This document shows, one piece after another, positions 7,346 to 16,298 of a DNA stretch of 29,353 nucleotides (its first letter is position 1; each line of letters starts with the position of its first letter). Source of the stretch: a virus (Duplodnaviria; Caudoviricetes). Position numbers and translations under genes: made by a program. The notes beneath the pieces are model-generated. The model was not told the origin of the DNA, made no database searches, and worked only from the letters and a program-made list of their open reading frames with translations. The DNA lies in IMG/VR virus record IMGVR_UViG_3300044724_009564, positions 1-29,353 of that record; one strand, given 5' to 3'.

Positions 7346-8552
7346 TTTGTCCTGTCATGTAATTTAATAAGTTTATATGTTGTTGATTTTCTTTAAGTGT
7401 TTTCTGATTGTGTTTCAAAATTGGTATCATCTGCGCATACATCGAATTGATCTCCTCCAATGACTTTGAACAGATAGTCTCTATTATTTTTGTTATCATC
7501 TGTATTCGATCATACCCGTCATAATTATCATAACTTTCATCCCAAAATTTATCAAAACTTTTATATCCCATGTCGTGCAAGTAACTCAACGATCCTACAT
7601 TTCCGTTAATGCAAAAAGGAGAACCGTGGGCGATCGCCTTCCATGTTTTTTCTGTGATATGAATGCCGTCATTGTGAATTTTTGTTTCTGATGATATCCA
7701 AAGGAAAGCATTATCAAAAATATTTTTTTCATTGTACTGATCTATTTCCCAGTGCTGATTTACTTTGTTATCAAATGACAATGGCAACATGTTGGTAAAT
7801 TTTTTTTTGTTTTGATGCCAACTTTTGAAGTTTTGCATGAATTCCTCTGAAGTAATTGCGTCATCTACCCAGTTCGAATTTTTTGATTCAACTATCTCTT
7901 CGTATTGTTCACAACTGACATTGCCTTTGTCTAGTAACCGGGTATTCCATAAATTGTAAATTATTCCATATCTGTGATTTTTTAAGTTTCCCCTACAGAG
8001 GCAATTGTAATGTTTTACAAATTTTTTTTCTTGTATGTCGATCTTATTGGCTACCAATTTCATGATTTCTATGAAGTAACAATATTGTATAAAAGTTGCT
8101 TTTATTTTGTATCCTCTTTGCTCAAGGAAACTGATTTGTCTTTCGTGTATGTTGTTTGGTACGACCCACGTTAGGTTCTCTTCGGGCACGCCTCTTCCAG
8201 TAAAATGTCTTACCATGGTCGAATATTTGATCTCTCCAAAATCCGGAGTAATGTTAAATTTATTTTTCTCCCAAGCGAAGGTGTCAAAAAGATCCCATGC
8301 TTCTGTGGTTTGGAAAATTATGGGTTTGACAATACCCTGTTGCATATATAAAAAAATTTTATTGGGAATTTTTTCGATTACATGCTTTATGTCAAAGGGT
8401 CTGCATATAAAAAGTGCGAGGAATGTGGATGATTGACCGTCAAACTGTTCGGCTTTAACGAAGTTGAATTCTTTGAACAGTTGTTTGCTTGGGTCAACGA
8501 ATATTTTTTCAATTCCATTTAGATCCGGCTCTATGATGTTAATTGTTTCCAT
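7329..8552 (-). CDS. Putative GT-B glycosyltransferase (GT10/fucosyltransferase-like C-terminal motif)
   Basis: SSET...ITEKTWKAIAHGSPF..G resembles the alpha-1,3-fucosyltransferase motif EN....YITEK...A...G..P...G. Confidence 0.5.
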   Translation of the reverse strand: METINIIEPDLNGIEKIFVDPSKQLFKEFNFVKAEQFDGQSSTFLALFICRPFDIKHVIEKIPNKIFLYMQQGIVKPIIFQTTEAWDLFDTFAWEKNKFNITPDFGEIKYSTMVRHFTGRGVPEENLTWVVPNNIHERQISFLEQRGYKIKATFIQYCYFIEIMKLVANKIDIQEKKFVKHYNCLCRGNLKNHRYGIIYNLWNTRLLDKGNVSCEQYEEIVESKNSNWVDDAITSEEFMQNFKSWHQNKKKFTNMLPLSFDNKVNQHWEIDQYNEKNIFDNAFLWISSETKIHNDGIHITEKTWKAIAHGSPFCINGNVGSLSYLHDMGYKSFDKFWDESYDNYDGYDRIQMITKIIETICSKSLEEINSMYAQMIPILKHNQKTLKENQQHINLLNYMTGQNGHNK

Positions 8553-8988
8553 GAGCTTCTATTAACTCCTCTAGTTCTCTGTCAGTGATCACTTTGTCTA
8601 ATGTTTCAAGATCTGATTCCTTCCATGTTGGATAAATCTGTTGTAATTGCTTCAAACTTTTATTTGGAACACGTTTCATTGGCTTCAACCATGGATGAAA
8701 CTGCTGTTGCAGTGCACCGCACATAGCAGTCAGTATCCAAAGTAATTTTTTGTGTTTACCCAGCGTAAAGCAGTGTTTGTTGACACACTCATTGACCATT
8801 TCCACGTAGTGCTCCACAAAGAACTTGTCCTTCGATGACACATTTGATGCATATCTCATCAACATGTATGGTGAATACAAAGACCTTTCTTTATCATCAA
8901 TCCTGTCAAAGTAATCTTTGTTTCGGAAGTCCACTGCCTTAAGGCCATTCCTTAGATCAAAAAATTTCCTGTGATTATCTTTTGTCAT
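8539..8988 (-). CDS. Putative clamp-loader small subunit (T4 gp62-like)
   Basis: YSPYMLMRY.S...EMVNE...HKKLLW...FHPWLK pattern and size resemble gp62-type proteins. Start moved to ATG 8988 (MTKDNH), which gives a short overlap with the upstream gene. Confidence 0.55.
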   Translation of the reverse strand: MTKDNHRKFFDLRNGLKAVDFRNKDYFDRIDDKERSLYSPYMLMRYASNVSSKDKFFVEHYVEMVNECVNKHCFTLGKHKKLLWILTAMCGALQQQFHPWLKPMKRVPNKSLKQLQQIYPTWKESDLETLDKVITDRELEELIEAHGNN

Positions 8989-9736
8989 AAAACTTCTTGA
9001 GTATAAACTCATTTTCAACAACACTCAACCAATTCATGCCACCTGCGTACTTGTAGTGCACCTGATCGTCCTCTAACCAGTCTGGGTTGGTGGAAGTGAT
9101 ATGGTTAATCAACTGTGTCTTAATTTTGTTTGTTTTGTCTAACTTGTCGTATATCTCGCTTGTTATCTCGTCGAGCATACCATCTGCCTTTATGTGCGGG
9201 GTGGGAGGTTTATGGTAATCGTAGTATGTGTTCCAATTGAAAGGAATCTTCTCAGTGGACAAAAAATTAATTGCATTATTGATTTCAAAGAGATTTTGTA
9301 TTACGATATTTGTTTGATCATGTGTGTCGTATAAATTGGTAAACATTTTCTGCGTCTGCACGTTGTTGAGCCAACTGCCTGCCATGCCACCACTGTGTAT
9401 CCAGTTACTGAACTCTGAGCGTCTTTGGAAATTATAATTTTCAAAGACTGTTGTTTTTGAACAACTCACATCTATTCTGTTCAGTCCACTGTATTGCAAG
9501 TAGACATAATCTGGATTGCCATTTACTTTTGTCCATTCTAATAACCTGTTTGTAATGTATCTGTTTCCAGCACCCCCGGATGACAAGTTGTAATAGATAT
9601 CTGATTGATCACGCCATATCTCGTCATTGGGATCACCAGACATACACAAAAATTCATCTCTGTTTTTTGACAGACAATCTCTGATGACATGGTGCAGTCC
9701 TAGGCCGTTGCTACAGCCAATGATTAAAATCTTCAT
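8975..9736 (-). CDS. SGNH/GDSL hydrolase-like protein (possible O-acyl esterase/transferase)
   Basis: IGCSNG (block I), NLSSGGAGN (block II), DQVH (DxxH). Confidence 0.65.
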   Translation of the reverse strand: MKILIIGCSNGLGLHHVIRDCLSKNRDEFLCMSGDPNDEIWRDQSDIYYNLSSGGAGNRYITNRLLEWTKVNGNPDYVYLQYSGLNRIDVSCSKTTVFENYNFQRRSEFSNWIHSGGMAGSWLNNVQTQKMFTNLYDTHDQTNIVIQNLFEINNAINFLSTEKIPFNWNTYYDYHKPPTPHIKADGMLDEITSEIYDKLDKTNKIKTQLINHITSTNPDWLEDDQVHYKYAGGMNWLSVVENEFILKKFYDKR

Positions 9737-9975
9737 TCACCTTTACTCGAAAATCTCAAACTAAAGGCAGTGCAATCTTTAGGTGACACAAAGGTCAATT
9801 TGATCCTATTGTGCATGTATTGTATGCCGGCTAGTTTTTTGTTCAATTTCACCTCTGCCAACCAATCAAAAAAATTCATTGCCCATTCTCCGTTGTCCAT
9901 CCAGACAGGGGGACCATCTGCTGTAACCATAATTGGCGCATCTATTTTTATTGTTTTCCTACCAGACTGAGCCAT
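9733..9975 (-). CDS. Hypothetical protein, 80 aa
   Basis: ATG ORF with an ATGA overlap to the downstream gene. Confidence 0.65.
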   Translation of the reverse strand: MAQSGRKTIKIDAPIMVTADGPPVWMDNGEWAMNFFDWLAEVKLNKKLAGIQYMHNRIKLTFVSPKDCTAFSLRFSSKGE

Positions 9976-10462
9976 AATCTACTTGTTCACATTGTCGTGA
10001 TATGTCTTTTACAAAGTAAGCACACATCGGTTTAGGACCGTTTTGTAATGGTACTGCTAACATTTGCCCAGATTTTATTTTTGGGAAATACCACTTGACT
10101 TCTGTGTAGATGTCAACAACATCGATGGGCATGAAGTCAGGTTTGGAACTAGACAACGGATTGAATGTGAATGCGTCAAATCCTCGATCATTCAAACTAG
10201 TTATTGGTAACACATGCATTTCGGATTGCCCTGCTTCACCTATCAACATCTTCCAGTCTAGAGGCATCTTTATCTTGTGATTGCCTATTTCCAATACGGC
10301 CGCTGGAGCGTTGAAGCTCTCCAGGAATATCAATGGTATGTAGAAGAAATCAGGATTGGCTGGATCTGAATTGTCAAGCACAGCAAATCGCAGTTTATCA
10401 TCGACCCATTCGGGTATCTTCTCCAACTTGTATGTTCTGTTATCCAGTGTAAGGATTTTCAT
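9959..10462 (-). CDS. Hypothetical protein, possible inactive Hint-fold
   Basis: 167-aa beta-rich ORF overlapping the end of uvsW; see findings for the Hint-like pattern. Confidence 0.7.
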   Translation of the reverse strand: MKILTLDNRTYKLEKIPEWVDDKLRFAVLDNSDPANPDFFYIPLIFLESFNAPAAVLEIGNHKIKMPLDWKMLIGEAGQSEMHVLPITSLNDRGFDAFTFNPLSSSKPDFMPIDVVDIYTEVKWYFPKIKSGQMLAVPLQNGPKPMCAYFVKDISRQCEQVDYGSVW

Positions 10463-11906
10463 AATTTATCTTTTCTATATTATACGGGTAATTGGCCTCT
10501 TTGTAAAACTTTTTCCTTGCCCCGAGGTGTCTTTTCGCGAACTTGCAACTGCTGGTAATGTCCCAAATCTGTACACTGTCCTTGTCCTCTGCTTTCCTTA
10601 TACCACGTCCTATGCTCTGTATGACCCTGACAAATGACTTGCCTGGTTCTATAAGGACAAGATTAAAAATCCTAGGAATATTAATGCCAACAGCGGCAAC
10701 TCCATATGTGGCAATAATAACTTTATTTTGGCTAGTAGATACTTCATCGTATTGCTCCTTCCTGTCTGTGTTTTTAGTAGACCCTGACACGAACACAGCG
10801 TCTTTTATTTTCTTTTCCAAGATCTCACCTGCTGATATCCTATCAACTAGTATCAGTGTGTTTCCTGAAGTTGCAATGTCCTGTATCGTGTTTGCAACCC
10901 AAGTCATTCTGGTTGTGTCAGTAGTTAACCATTTCAATTCTTCGCCATAAGTTTTGAACTGTGGGTGGTCTTGTGTTTGTAAAACGTTGACATGACAGTT
11001 TGCAAGAACTCCCTTGTCCTGTAGTTCACTGGCCTGTATCCTGTTTGCTACTTCTCCTATACTGCATTTCAATCCCATGAATTCATAATCCGCCTTTGGC
11101 ACAGTGCCCGTCAGTCCCCAACGTATACCGCAGTGTGCGAATGGCCCGGTTAGCAATCTCTTCAACACATCTGCTTTTGCCATGTGTACCTCATCTATGA
11201 TGACTGTGTTGATTCCTTGTATTGCTTCCAAGAAGTCTGTTGTGTGTTCGTCCTTGCTTTTCTTTTCCAGCACGTTCAGTGACTGCCAGGTTGCAATAGT
11301 GTTGTATCTCCCCAGTTCCTTCCTGTCTCCGTAGTACACACCAACATCGAGGTTGCAGGCAAGGAAGTCCTCCTCCGTCTGTGTCACAAGACTTTTGTTT
11401 GGAACAATGGTCAGCGTCCTACCGTATGGTTCTACAAGTTGACACAAGGCCGCGGTTATTATTGTCTTTCCTGCGCCCGTGGCTATTTCCTGTATGCACT
11501 GTGGATTCTCAATGAACTTGTTTATTGTCTCTACTTGGTAGTCTCGCAACTGTATTGGCTGTCCTGCACAAGGATGTTTATCTGGCCAGGTGATGTGTGC
11601 GAGATAATCTTTGTCTACTGCCTTAAATTCAAAATTGTGTTGTGGTCTTTTGTCTTCGAAGTCCACATACACACCTCCCTCTTCTAGTATTGGCAGTATC
11701 TGGTCAACAAGGTTGAGATATGTTGTACCACCCAGACCAAAGAAACTAACCTTACCGTCCCATCTGCCCAGTTTCACAGCAGGCAAATGTCTCGCATATG
11801 GGATCTCGTATTTGAATTTGTTGGAGAGTCTCTTACGCCATTCGAGGCTAAGGTTCTCAAACTTCACGTTGACTTCGTCTTTTATTACTAGTTTACAACT
11901 GCTCAT
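10440..11906 (-). CDS. uvsW: UvsW-like superfamily 2 DNA helicase
   Basis: GRWDGK, LRDYQ, ATGAGKT, DEVH, GLTGT, VGINIP, QSIGRGIR. Confidence 0.9.
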   Translation of the reverse strand: MSSCKLVIKDEVNVKFENLSLEWRKRLSNKFKYEIPYARHLPAVKLGRWDGKVSFFGLGGTTYLNLVDQILPILEEGGVYVDFEDKRPQHNFEFKAVDKDYLAHITWPDKHPCAGQPIQLRDYQVETINKFIENPQCIQEIATGAGKTIITAALCQLVEPYGRTLTIVPNKSLVTQTEEDFLACNLDVGVYYGDRKELGRYNTIATWQSLNVLEKKSKDEHTTDFLEAIQGINTVIIDEVHMAKADVLKRLLTGPFAHCGIRWGLTGTVPKADYEFMGLKCSIGEVANRIQASELQDKGVLANCHVNVLQTQDHPQFKTYGEELKWLTTDTTRMTWVANTIQDIATSGNTLILVDRISAGEILEKKIKDAVFVSGSTKNTDRKEQYDEVSTSQNKVIIATYGVAAVGINIPRIFNLVLIEPGKSFVRVIQSIGRGIRKAEDKDSVQIWDITSSCKFAKRHLGARKKFYKEANYPYNIEKINYENPYTG

Positions 11907-11907
11907 T

Positions 11908-13242
11908 CTAAAGTTTTATTATAATATGATCATGCCAATCCCAACTACTTGGTTGGTGATCACTATAATACAACTTTTTTGGAAGATTTTCAAGAAGTCT
12001 TTTAAGGTTGTCTGTGCCAGTAGCGTAATAACCACCACCCAGTGCAACCAAAGATGCTTTTGGTTTTATTTTGCTTTTAATCAGTGCTCTTGGTATTCTA
12101 TTTCTAACAAAAATTATTTTGGTATCTTGGTTTATAAGTTTGAATTGTTTACTCATTTGATGCAACTCATATAGGTTTTCAAAAAACTCTTGTGACTTTT
12201 GATTGTCTAACAAGTAGGTCTTGTCGTTGTGTTTATCGATATCTTTCTTGAATATTGGCTCTTTGACATCAAATCCCCAACTGCATTGATTCAATAAATC
12301 TATGCCGTGTGATTTAAATGCGTTCAGCCATTCCCAAAAATCTTTGACGTCTGCCTCCATGTGTATGTCACCACTTACAGGCATGATTATTGGAAAACAA
12401 TCTAATTCAATTAATCCTTTTACAACTTCTTTTTTTGAAAATGCTTTTGAATCTATCCATAACTTATGATATTTGTTATGTGCAATTTTTTTACCAATTG
12501 ACGTGTCTGCATGTACATCTATTCCAGCAGTCGATATGTTAAAATTTTTCAATAAGTCGACTTGTGCCAACGGCGCTTTGCCTTTAAGGTGTATGTCCCA
12601 GTACTCTTGCAGTGATTGTGGGGCATCAACTAACACAATCTCTCCACCGATTAATTTTGCAGATGTCTGTTTGTGTCCTATCACTTCTTTTTTGATCGTT
12701 TCGTAGTCCTCAAGTAAACTGTCATCTGTAAATTTGAAATCATATCTGGCCGCAATCAATGTTAAGTAGTATGCCGTGACATCCGTGTGCAAGAAAGTCC
12801 ACTTCTTGGCTTCCCCGTCGTATTGGCTATAACCTGCTGGAAAGTCTCTGTGATCTTTCAGACATCTTATCAATTGAATGACTTTCTTGTTGTATGGGAA
12901 CCTTAGTTCTATCTTGTCAACTCCTTCCTCGTCCGTGTACTTCTCTATGACTTTGTCAAAACTGATCACCCTGAATTCATCCTCGTACTTGGGGTTGTCA
13001 AGCAAAGGTTTTATGTCCATACCATGTGCCTGGAACTTTGTGAGGTATCTCTTCAGTATCACGAGTGCTAGTCTGCCCTGCTTCTCTGTCCAGGCGTACT
13101 GAGATTCTGCCAGCGATCTCACAGTCTCATGATCCTTTGGATGTGGCTTTATCTGTGTGTTTGGTGCTTGAGCCCACAAATAATCATTATATGCTAGTAT
13201 TTTAAGTGCTTCGTTAATTGTTTTTGGCAAATCTGTGTGCAT
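11908..13242 (-). CDS. Hypothetical protein with HARP-like motif
   Basis: 444 aa; IELRFPYNKKVIQLIR...YDGEAKKWTF; first gene downstream of a consensus promoter. Confidence 0.65.
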   Translation of the reverse strand: MHTDLPKTINEALKILAYNDYLWAQAPNTQIKPHPKDHETVRSLAESQYAWTEKQGRLALVILKRYLTKFQAHGMDIKPLLDNPKYEDEFRVISFDKVIEKYTDEEGVDKIELRFPYNKKVIQLIRCLKDHRDFPAGYSQYDGEAKKWTFLHTDVTAYYLTLIAARYDFKFTDDSLLEDYETIKKEVIGHKQTSAKLIGGEIVLVDAPQSLQEYWDIHLKGKAPLAQVDLLKNFNISTAGIDVHADTSIGKKIAHNKYHKLWIDSKAFSKKEVVKGLIELDCFPIIMPVSGDIHMEADVKDFWEWLNAFKSHGIDLLNQCSWGFDVKEPIFKKDIDKHNDKTYLLDNQKSQEFFENLYELHQMSKQFKLINQDTKIIFVRNRIPRALIKSKIKPKASLVALGGGYYATGTDNLKRLLENLPKKLYYSDHQPSSWDWHDHIIIKL

Positions 13243-13275
13243 TTTATCTATGGTATTTTAGGTAATTATTAGTAT

Positions 13276-13303
13276 ATTATAGCATAATTGGTAATACTGT
13301 CAA
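13276..13303 (-). promoter_or_regulatory. Consensus sigma70 promoter TTGACA-N16-TATAAT with extended -10 (TGn)
   Basis: Minus strand TTGACA gtattaccaattaTGc TATAAT (13298-13303; 13276-13281), in the divergent intergenic region and pointing into the uvsW operon. Confidence 0.85.
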
Positions 13304-13305
13304 CC

Positions 13306-13782
13306 ATGAAAAAGGTAAAGAATAAAGCGGTAAATGTAAGGAAGCAACTTAAGGTCAAGTTGGAAAACACCGCGACCAGATACAAGAACACAAAAGGATT
13401 CAAGCCAACAGAACAACAGGCCTATCAATGGTTTAGATACATCAATAGATGTCTGTTCAATGGTAGATTACCAATAGTTCCATTGCATGTTAGGAAATTG
13501 CACAAGGATTGGGGAAGATGTGTAGCAAATTGGGACAATAGGAAAACACCAAAAGGTAAATTTGATCAAAGGGTTATCCCTTATCATATAGATGTTGATT
13601 ACTATATTGAACTACATTGTAAGTTTCCAAGATGGAGAGATTTCGTAGAAACACTGGCCCATGAGATGGTACATCTATATCAGATGACCTGGATAAAAGA
13701 TCCATACGCCAATCATAATGCAAACTTCTTTGCTTGGAAAAATAAATTTAGGATGGCGGGCTTAGGCCTATCAAGGTGTTAA
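13306..13782 (+). CDS. SprT-like zinc metalloprotease
   Basis: N..LFNG.L, WGRC, TLAHEMVH (HExxH), downstream NH...F..W; start moved to ATG 13306. Confidence 0.8.
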   Translation: MKKVKNKAVNVRKQLKVKLENTATRYKNTKGFKPTEQQAYQWFRYINRCLFNGRLPIVPLHVRKLHKDWGRCVANWDNRKTPKGKFDQRVIPYHIDVDYYIELHCKFPRWRDFVETLAHEMVHLYQMTWIKDPYANHNANFFAWKNKFRMAGLGLSRC

Positions 13783-14520
13783 CACCTGCTCAAATTCAGC
13801 ATAATTGATTACTTTGCTATTACCTAGGTCTGTTCCTGTCTGTAGGTATTTCAAGTATTCCGGAGGATTATCGTGAACAACTGTGTAATTCACGTATGGA
13901 CGCATCTTCAACATGTCTCTGAATTGTTTAAGCCATCCTTCAAAAATTTTATCATCGTTACGTTCACCATAGCAATCGGTATCTTGGTAGATGTTGTTGA
14001 GTTCGCCTTTACCATATTCTCTGAAATCAAAACCAATCAAGTAAATGTTTTTATGTCCATGTACACCTGCTGTCCAGAATGCGGCATTTCCTGATATCCA
14101 GTGGGGGTTGTTTGGTATGAGGTGTAACATTCCTTTACTCTGCTTCCTATTGACTTCAAGGGATGGTGCGTAGTGGATTGTTTTTGTGCCCACCTTGTCT
14201 GCCACCATTTGTTGAGTCATCTTTGTGTCAACGGAAAATATGAAATCGGGCATGAAGTCTCTGTACAAAGCATTGCATCCGTATGTTTGTCCTGACGATT
14301 TTAATCGACTGAGATCAAAATCCTTACGCGATGGTCCGTTTCCTATGCAATATGCGTTACCCCTAGGCACGGCTTTCACCCTGTCTTCAAACCACTCTTC
14401 TTCTTTGATTCTTTTTCCATTTCTAATAATTGTCCTAACAATTACAGTTTCTCCTTTGTAAGGTTCAAATTTAATTGTCTCTACTAGCCTTTGGCCTCCT
14501 AATTTAATTTCTTGCATCAT
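13771..14520 (-). CDS. CstII/Maf (sialyltransferase-like) glycosyltransferase fold protein
   Basis: CIGNGPSR, GCNALYR...PD....VD, SG..A, IYLIGFDF motifs typical of GT42/GT29/Maf-like nonulosonate transferase folds. Confidence 0.6.
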   Translation of the reverse strand: MMQEIKLGGQRLVETIKFEPYKGETVIVRTIIRNGKRIKEEEWFEDRVKAVPRGNAYCIGNGPSRKDFDLSRLKSSGQTYGCNALYRDFMPDFIFSVDTKMTQQMVADKVGTKTIHYAPSLEVNRKQSKGMLHLIPNNPHWISGNAAFWTAGVHGHKNIYLIGFDFREYGKGELNNIYQDTDCYGERNDDKIFEGWLKQFRDMLKMRPYVNYTVVHDNPPEYLKYLQTGTDLGNSKVINYAEFEQVLTP

Positions 14521-15389
14521 CGTAAGTATTTCTCCTGTAATCTTTTTTTAATCCTTTTCCATGGTAGACCAGCGGCAATTTCATCTTCAAACCATTCCGT
14601 GTATGCAAGTTTGTGTGCCCACGAGTGTCTGTTTGGCATCGCTGGTGTGTTTATGTCCGTTAAATTTAGATTGCCAACATCGTGGCACAAACTAGATTCT
14701 GACACAAACACCGGAATGCCTTGTATCACTGCCTCCATGGCAGGATTGCTAGAATGATTTACCACAGCCCATGTTCGACCTAGAGTGGCCTTGAAATCAG
14801 TATCATCATATGTCCTGTAATCTCGTTTTGGCAGTCTAATTTTGACATTGGTAAATTTATTTTCGTCAAAGGTGATGTGATTCCTAGGGTGCGGTCTCAC
14901 TAATATTGGTCTTGTTGTGTATTTTCTGATTTCACGTATTTGTTGTTCTATCCATGTTGACATTTTTGGCAGTCCCTTCCATTGCTCTGATGAGTCATGT
15001 TGTCCACATATTACAATCATATCTCCGGTGGGGTTCCAAGGTCTCAGTTCGTGATCAAATAATGGCCAACGCTTGTCATCAAAATCTTGATTGGCGAAAT
15101 CAGCATTTCTGTTTATGCCGTTGATACCAACTTTGAAACTCTTATTCCTACGTAGGCCACCGACCTCAAGCACAATTACAGGTTTGCCTTTTGATCTGTA
15201 TTCGTTCCATATCTGTTGGTATCCCATCATTCTGCCTCGCCACAGCACACTCCAGATCACAGCCACGTCTGCATTAGCAGATCTGTTGACCACAACATCC
15301 TCTCCGGCATCTCGCAAACCTTTTATGAATGCTTTGAATATTTCTTTACTGTTCAGAGGTCCGTATTCCGTCCATACCTCAACTTTCAT
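14517..15389 (-). CDS. KpsS/KpsC-like (capsule synthesis-type) glycosyltransferase, paralog 1
   Basis: LEVGGL, CGQ, VRPHP, VVNHSSNPAMEAVIQGIPVF. Confidence 0.6.
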   Translation of the reverse strand: MKVEVWTEYGPLNSKEIFKAFIKGLRDAGEDVVVNRSANADVAVIWSVLWRGRMMGYQQIWNEYRSKGKPVIVLEVGGLRRNKSFKVGINGINRNADFANQDFDDKRWPLFDHELRPWNPTGDMIVICGQHDSSEQWKGLPKMSTWIEQQIREIRKYTTRPILVRPHPRNHITFDENKFTNVKIRLPKRDYRTYDDTDFKATLGRTWAVVNHSSNPAMEAVIQGIPVFVSESSLCHDVGNLNLTDINTPAMPNRHSWAHKLAYTEWFEDEIAAGLPWKRIKKRLQEKYLR

Positions 15390-16285
15390 TACACTTTTTT
15401 CCAGTATTCGAGATCGTGTACACTTTTAGTGGCCTCTAGTGTTTGGGGACGGAAATCGTTGCGTTTGCTTTTTCCTGCTGATTTACGATTGCCCTTCATG
15501 TGATCCATGTATAGTCCTAGTTCGCTGTTGATGAAAACGTGATGGCCTTTGACACCTTTCCAATAACCTATGTCATTTATTTTGATATTTTTTTCTCTTT
15601 GATATTTTTTTGCGAGGTGCCATAGTGTAGAACAATCAGTCCATTCCAGTAGTTTGAACATCTCATCTGTGATGTACATGTCCTCCCATTCATTACAAAG
15701 GTTTTGTATCTCCGGATTCCTCAGATTGTACCCCACGAATCCGCATTCTGGATACTTGCCTCCGTCTTTGAGATTTGGATTTTCACGTCCTAGGTATGTC
15801 ACCATTGTGTCCTGAGGAAGTAGGCCTTCTAGGAAACTTTTTGGCATTGGTCGAAAAGTGTATGTGTCGGCGTCTAGCCATACCACATAATCATAATCGG
15901 CGGAATTCTTAAGAGCATGGGTGACGCAGAAAACTTTGTTGGCGAACCTTACGGCATTCCACAAGAAAGATCCTTTGTTTTTGTCGTTACCGCCTTTGAC
16001 CTGTAGTTCTGCGGGACGCCTGACACCACCCGGTATTTCTTGCAATTCTCCATTTGCAACGGGATCATCCTTGTGTCTGGTCTTGAATTTCAAAAGTTCC
16101 GGCTGTACGCTGTGGACGTCATGCCATTCAACTCGAGGATGATCAAACACGTCTTGTTGTTGTGCTTCATGGTAAACTGCAAGGGTGATGTCCTCGGGCC
16201 AGTATTTGAGGACGCTTTCGACCGCCCGCTTGGCGTATTGATTCCATGTGCCTGGTTTATACGATGTCAATACTTTGATCTTCAT
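15389..16285 (-). CDS. GT-A fold glycosyltransferase
   Basis: AVRFANKVF, VWLDADT (DxD), ECGFVGY, DHMKG.RK. Confidence 0.7.
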   Translation of the reverse strand: MKIKVLTSYKPGTWNQYAKRAVESVLKYWPEDITLAVYHEAQQQDVFDHPRVEWHDVHSVQPELLKFKTRHKDDPVANGELQEIPGGVRRPAELQVKGGNDKNKGSFLWNAVRFANKVFCVTHALKNSADYDYVVWLDADTYTFRPMPKSFLEGLLPQDTMVTYLGRENPNLKDGGKYPECGFVGYNLRNPEIQNLCNEWEDMYITDEMFKLLEWTDCSTLWHLAKKYQREKNIKINDIGYWKGVKGHHVFINSELGLYMDHMKGNRKSAGKSKRNDFRPQTLEATKSVHDLEYWKKV

Positions 16286-16291
16286 TTGTCC

Positions 16292-16297
16292 TATTTA
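16292..16297 (-). promoter_or_regulatory. Late-type TAAATA element 6 nt before ATG
   Basis: Minus strand TTAAATA-ggacaa-ATG (ATG at 16285). Confidence 0.55.
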
Positions 16298-16298
16298 A

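Noticed and set aside
13774-13787. Perfect 14-bp palindrome AGGTGTTAACACCT at the SprT / glycan-island junction
   Set aside because: About 29353/4^7, roughly 2, such palindromes are expected by chance; no U-tract and no matching copy noticed at the other island end.
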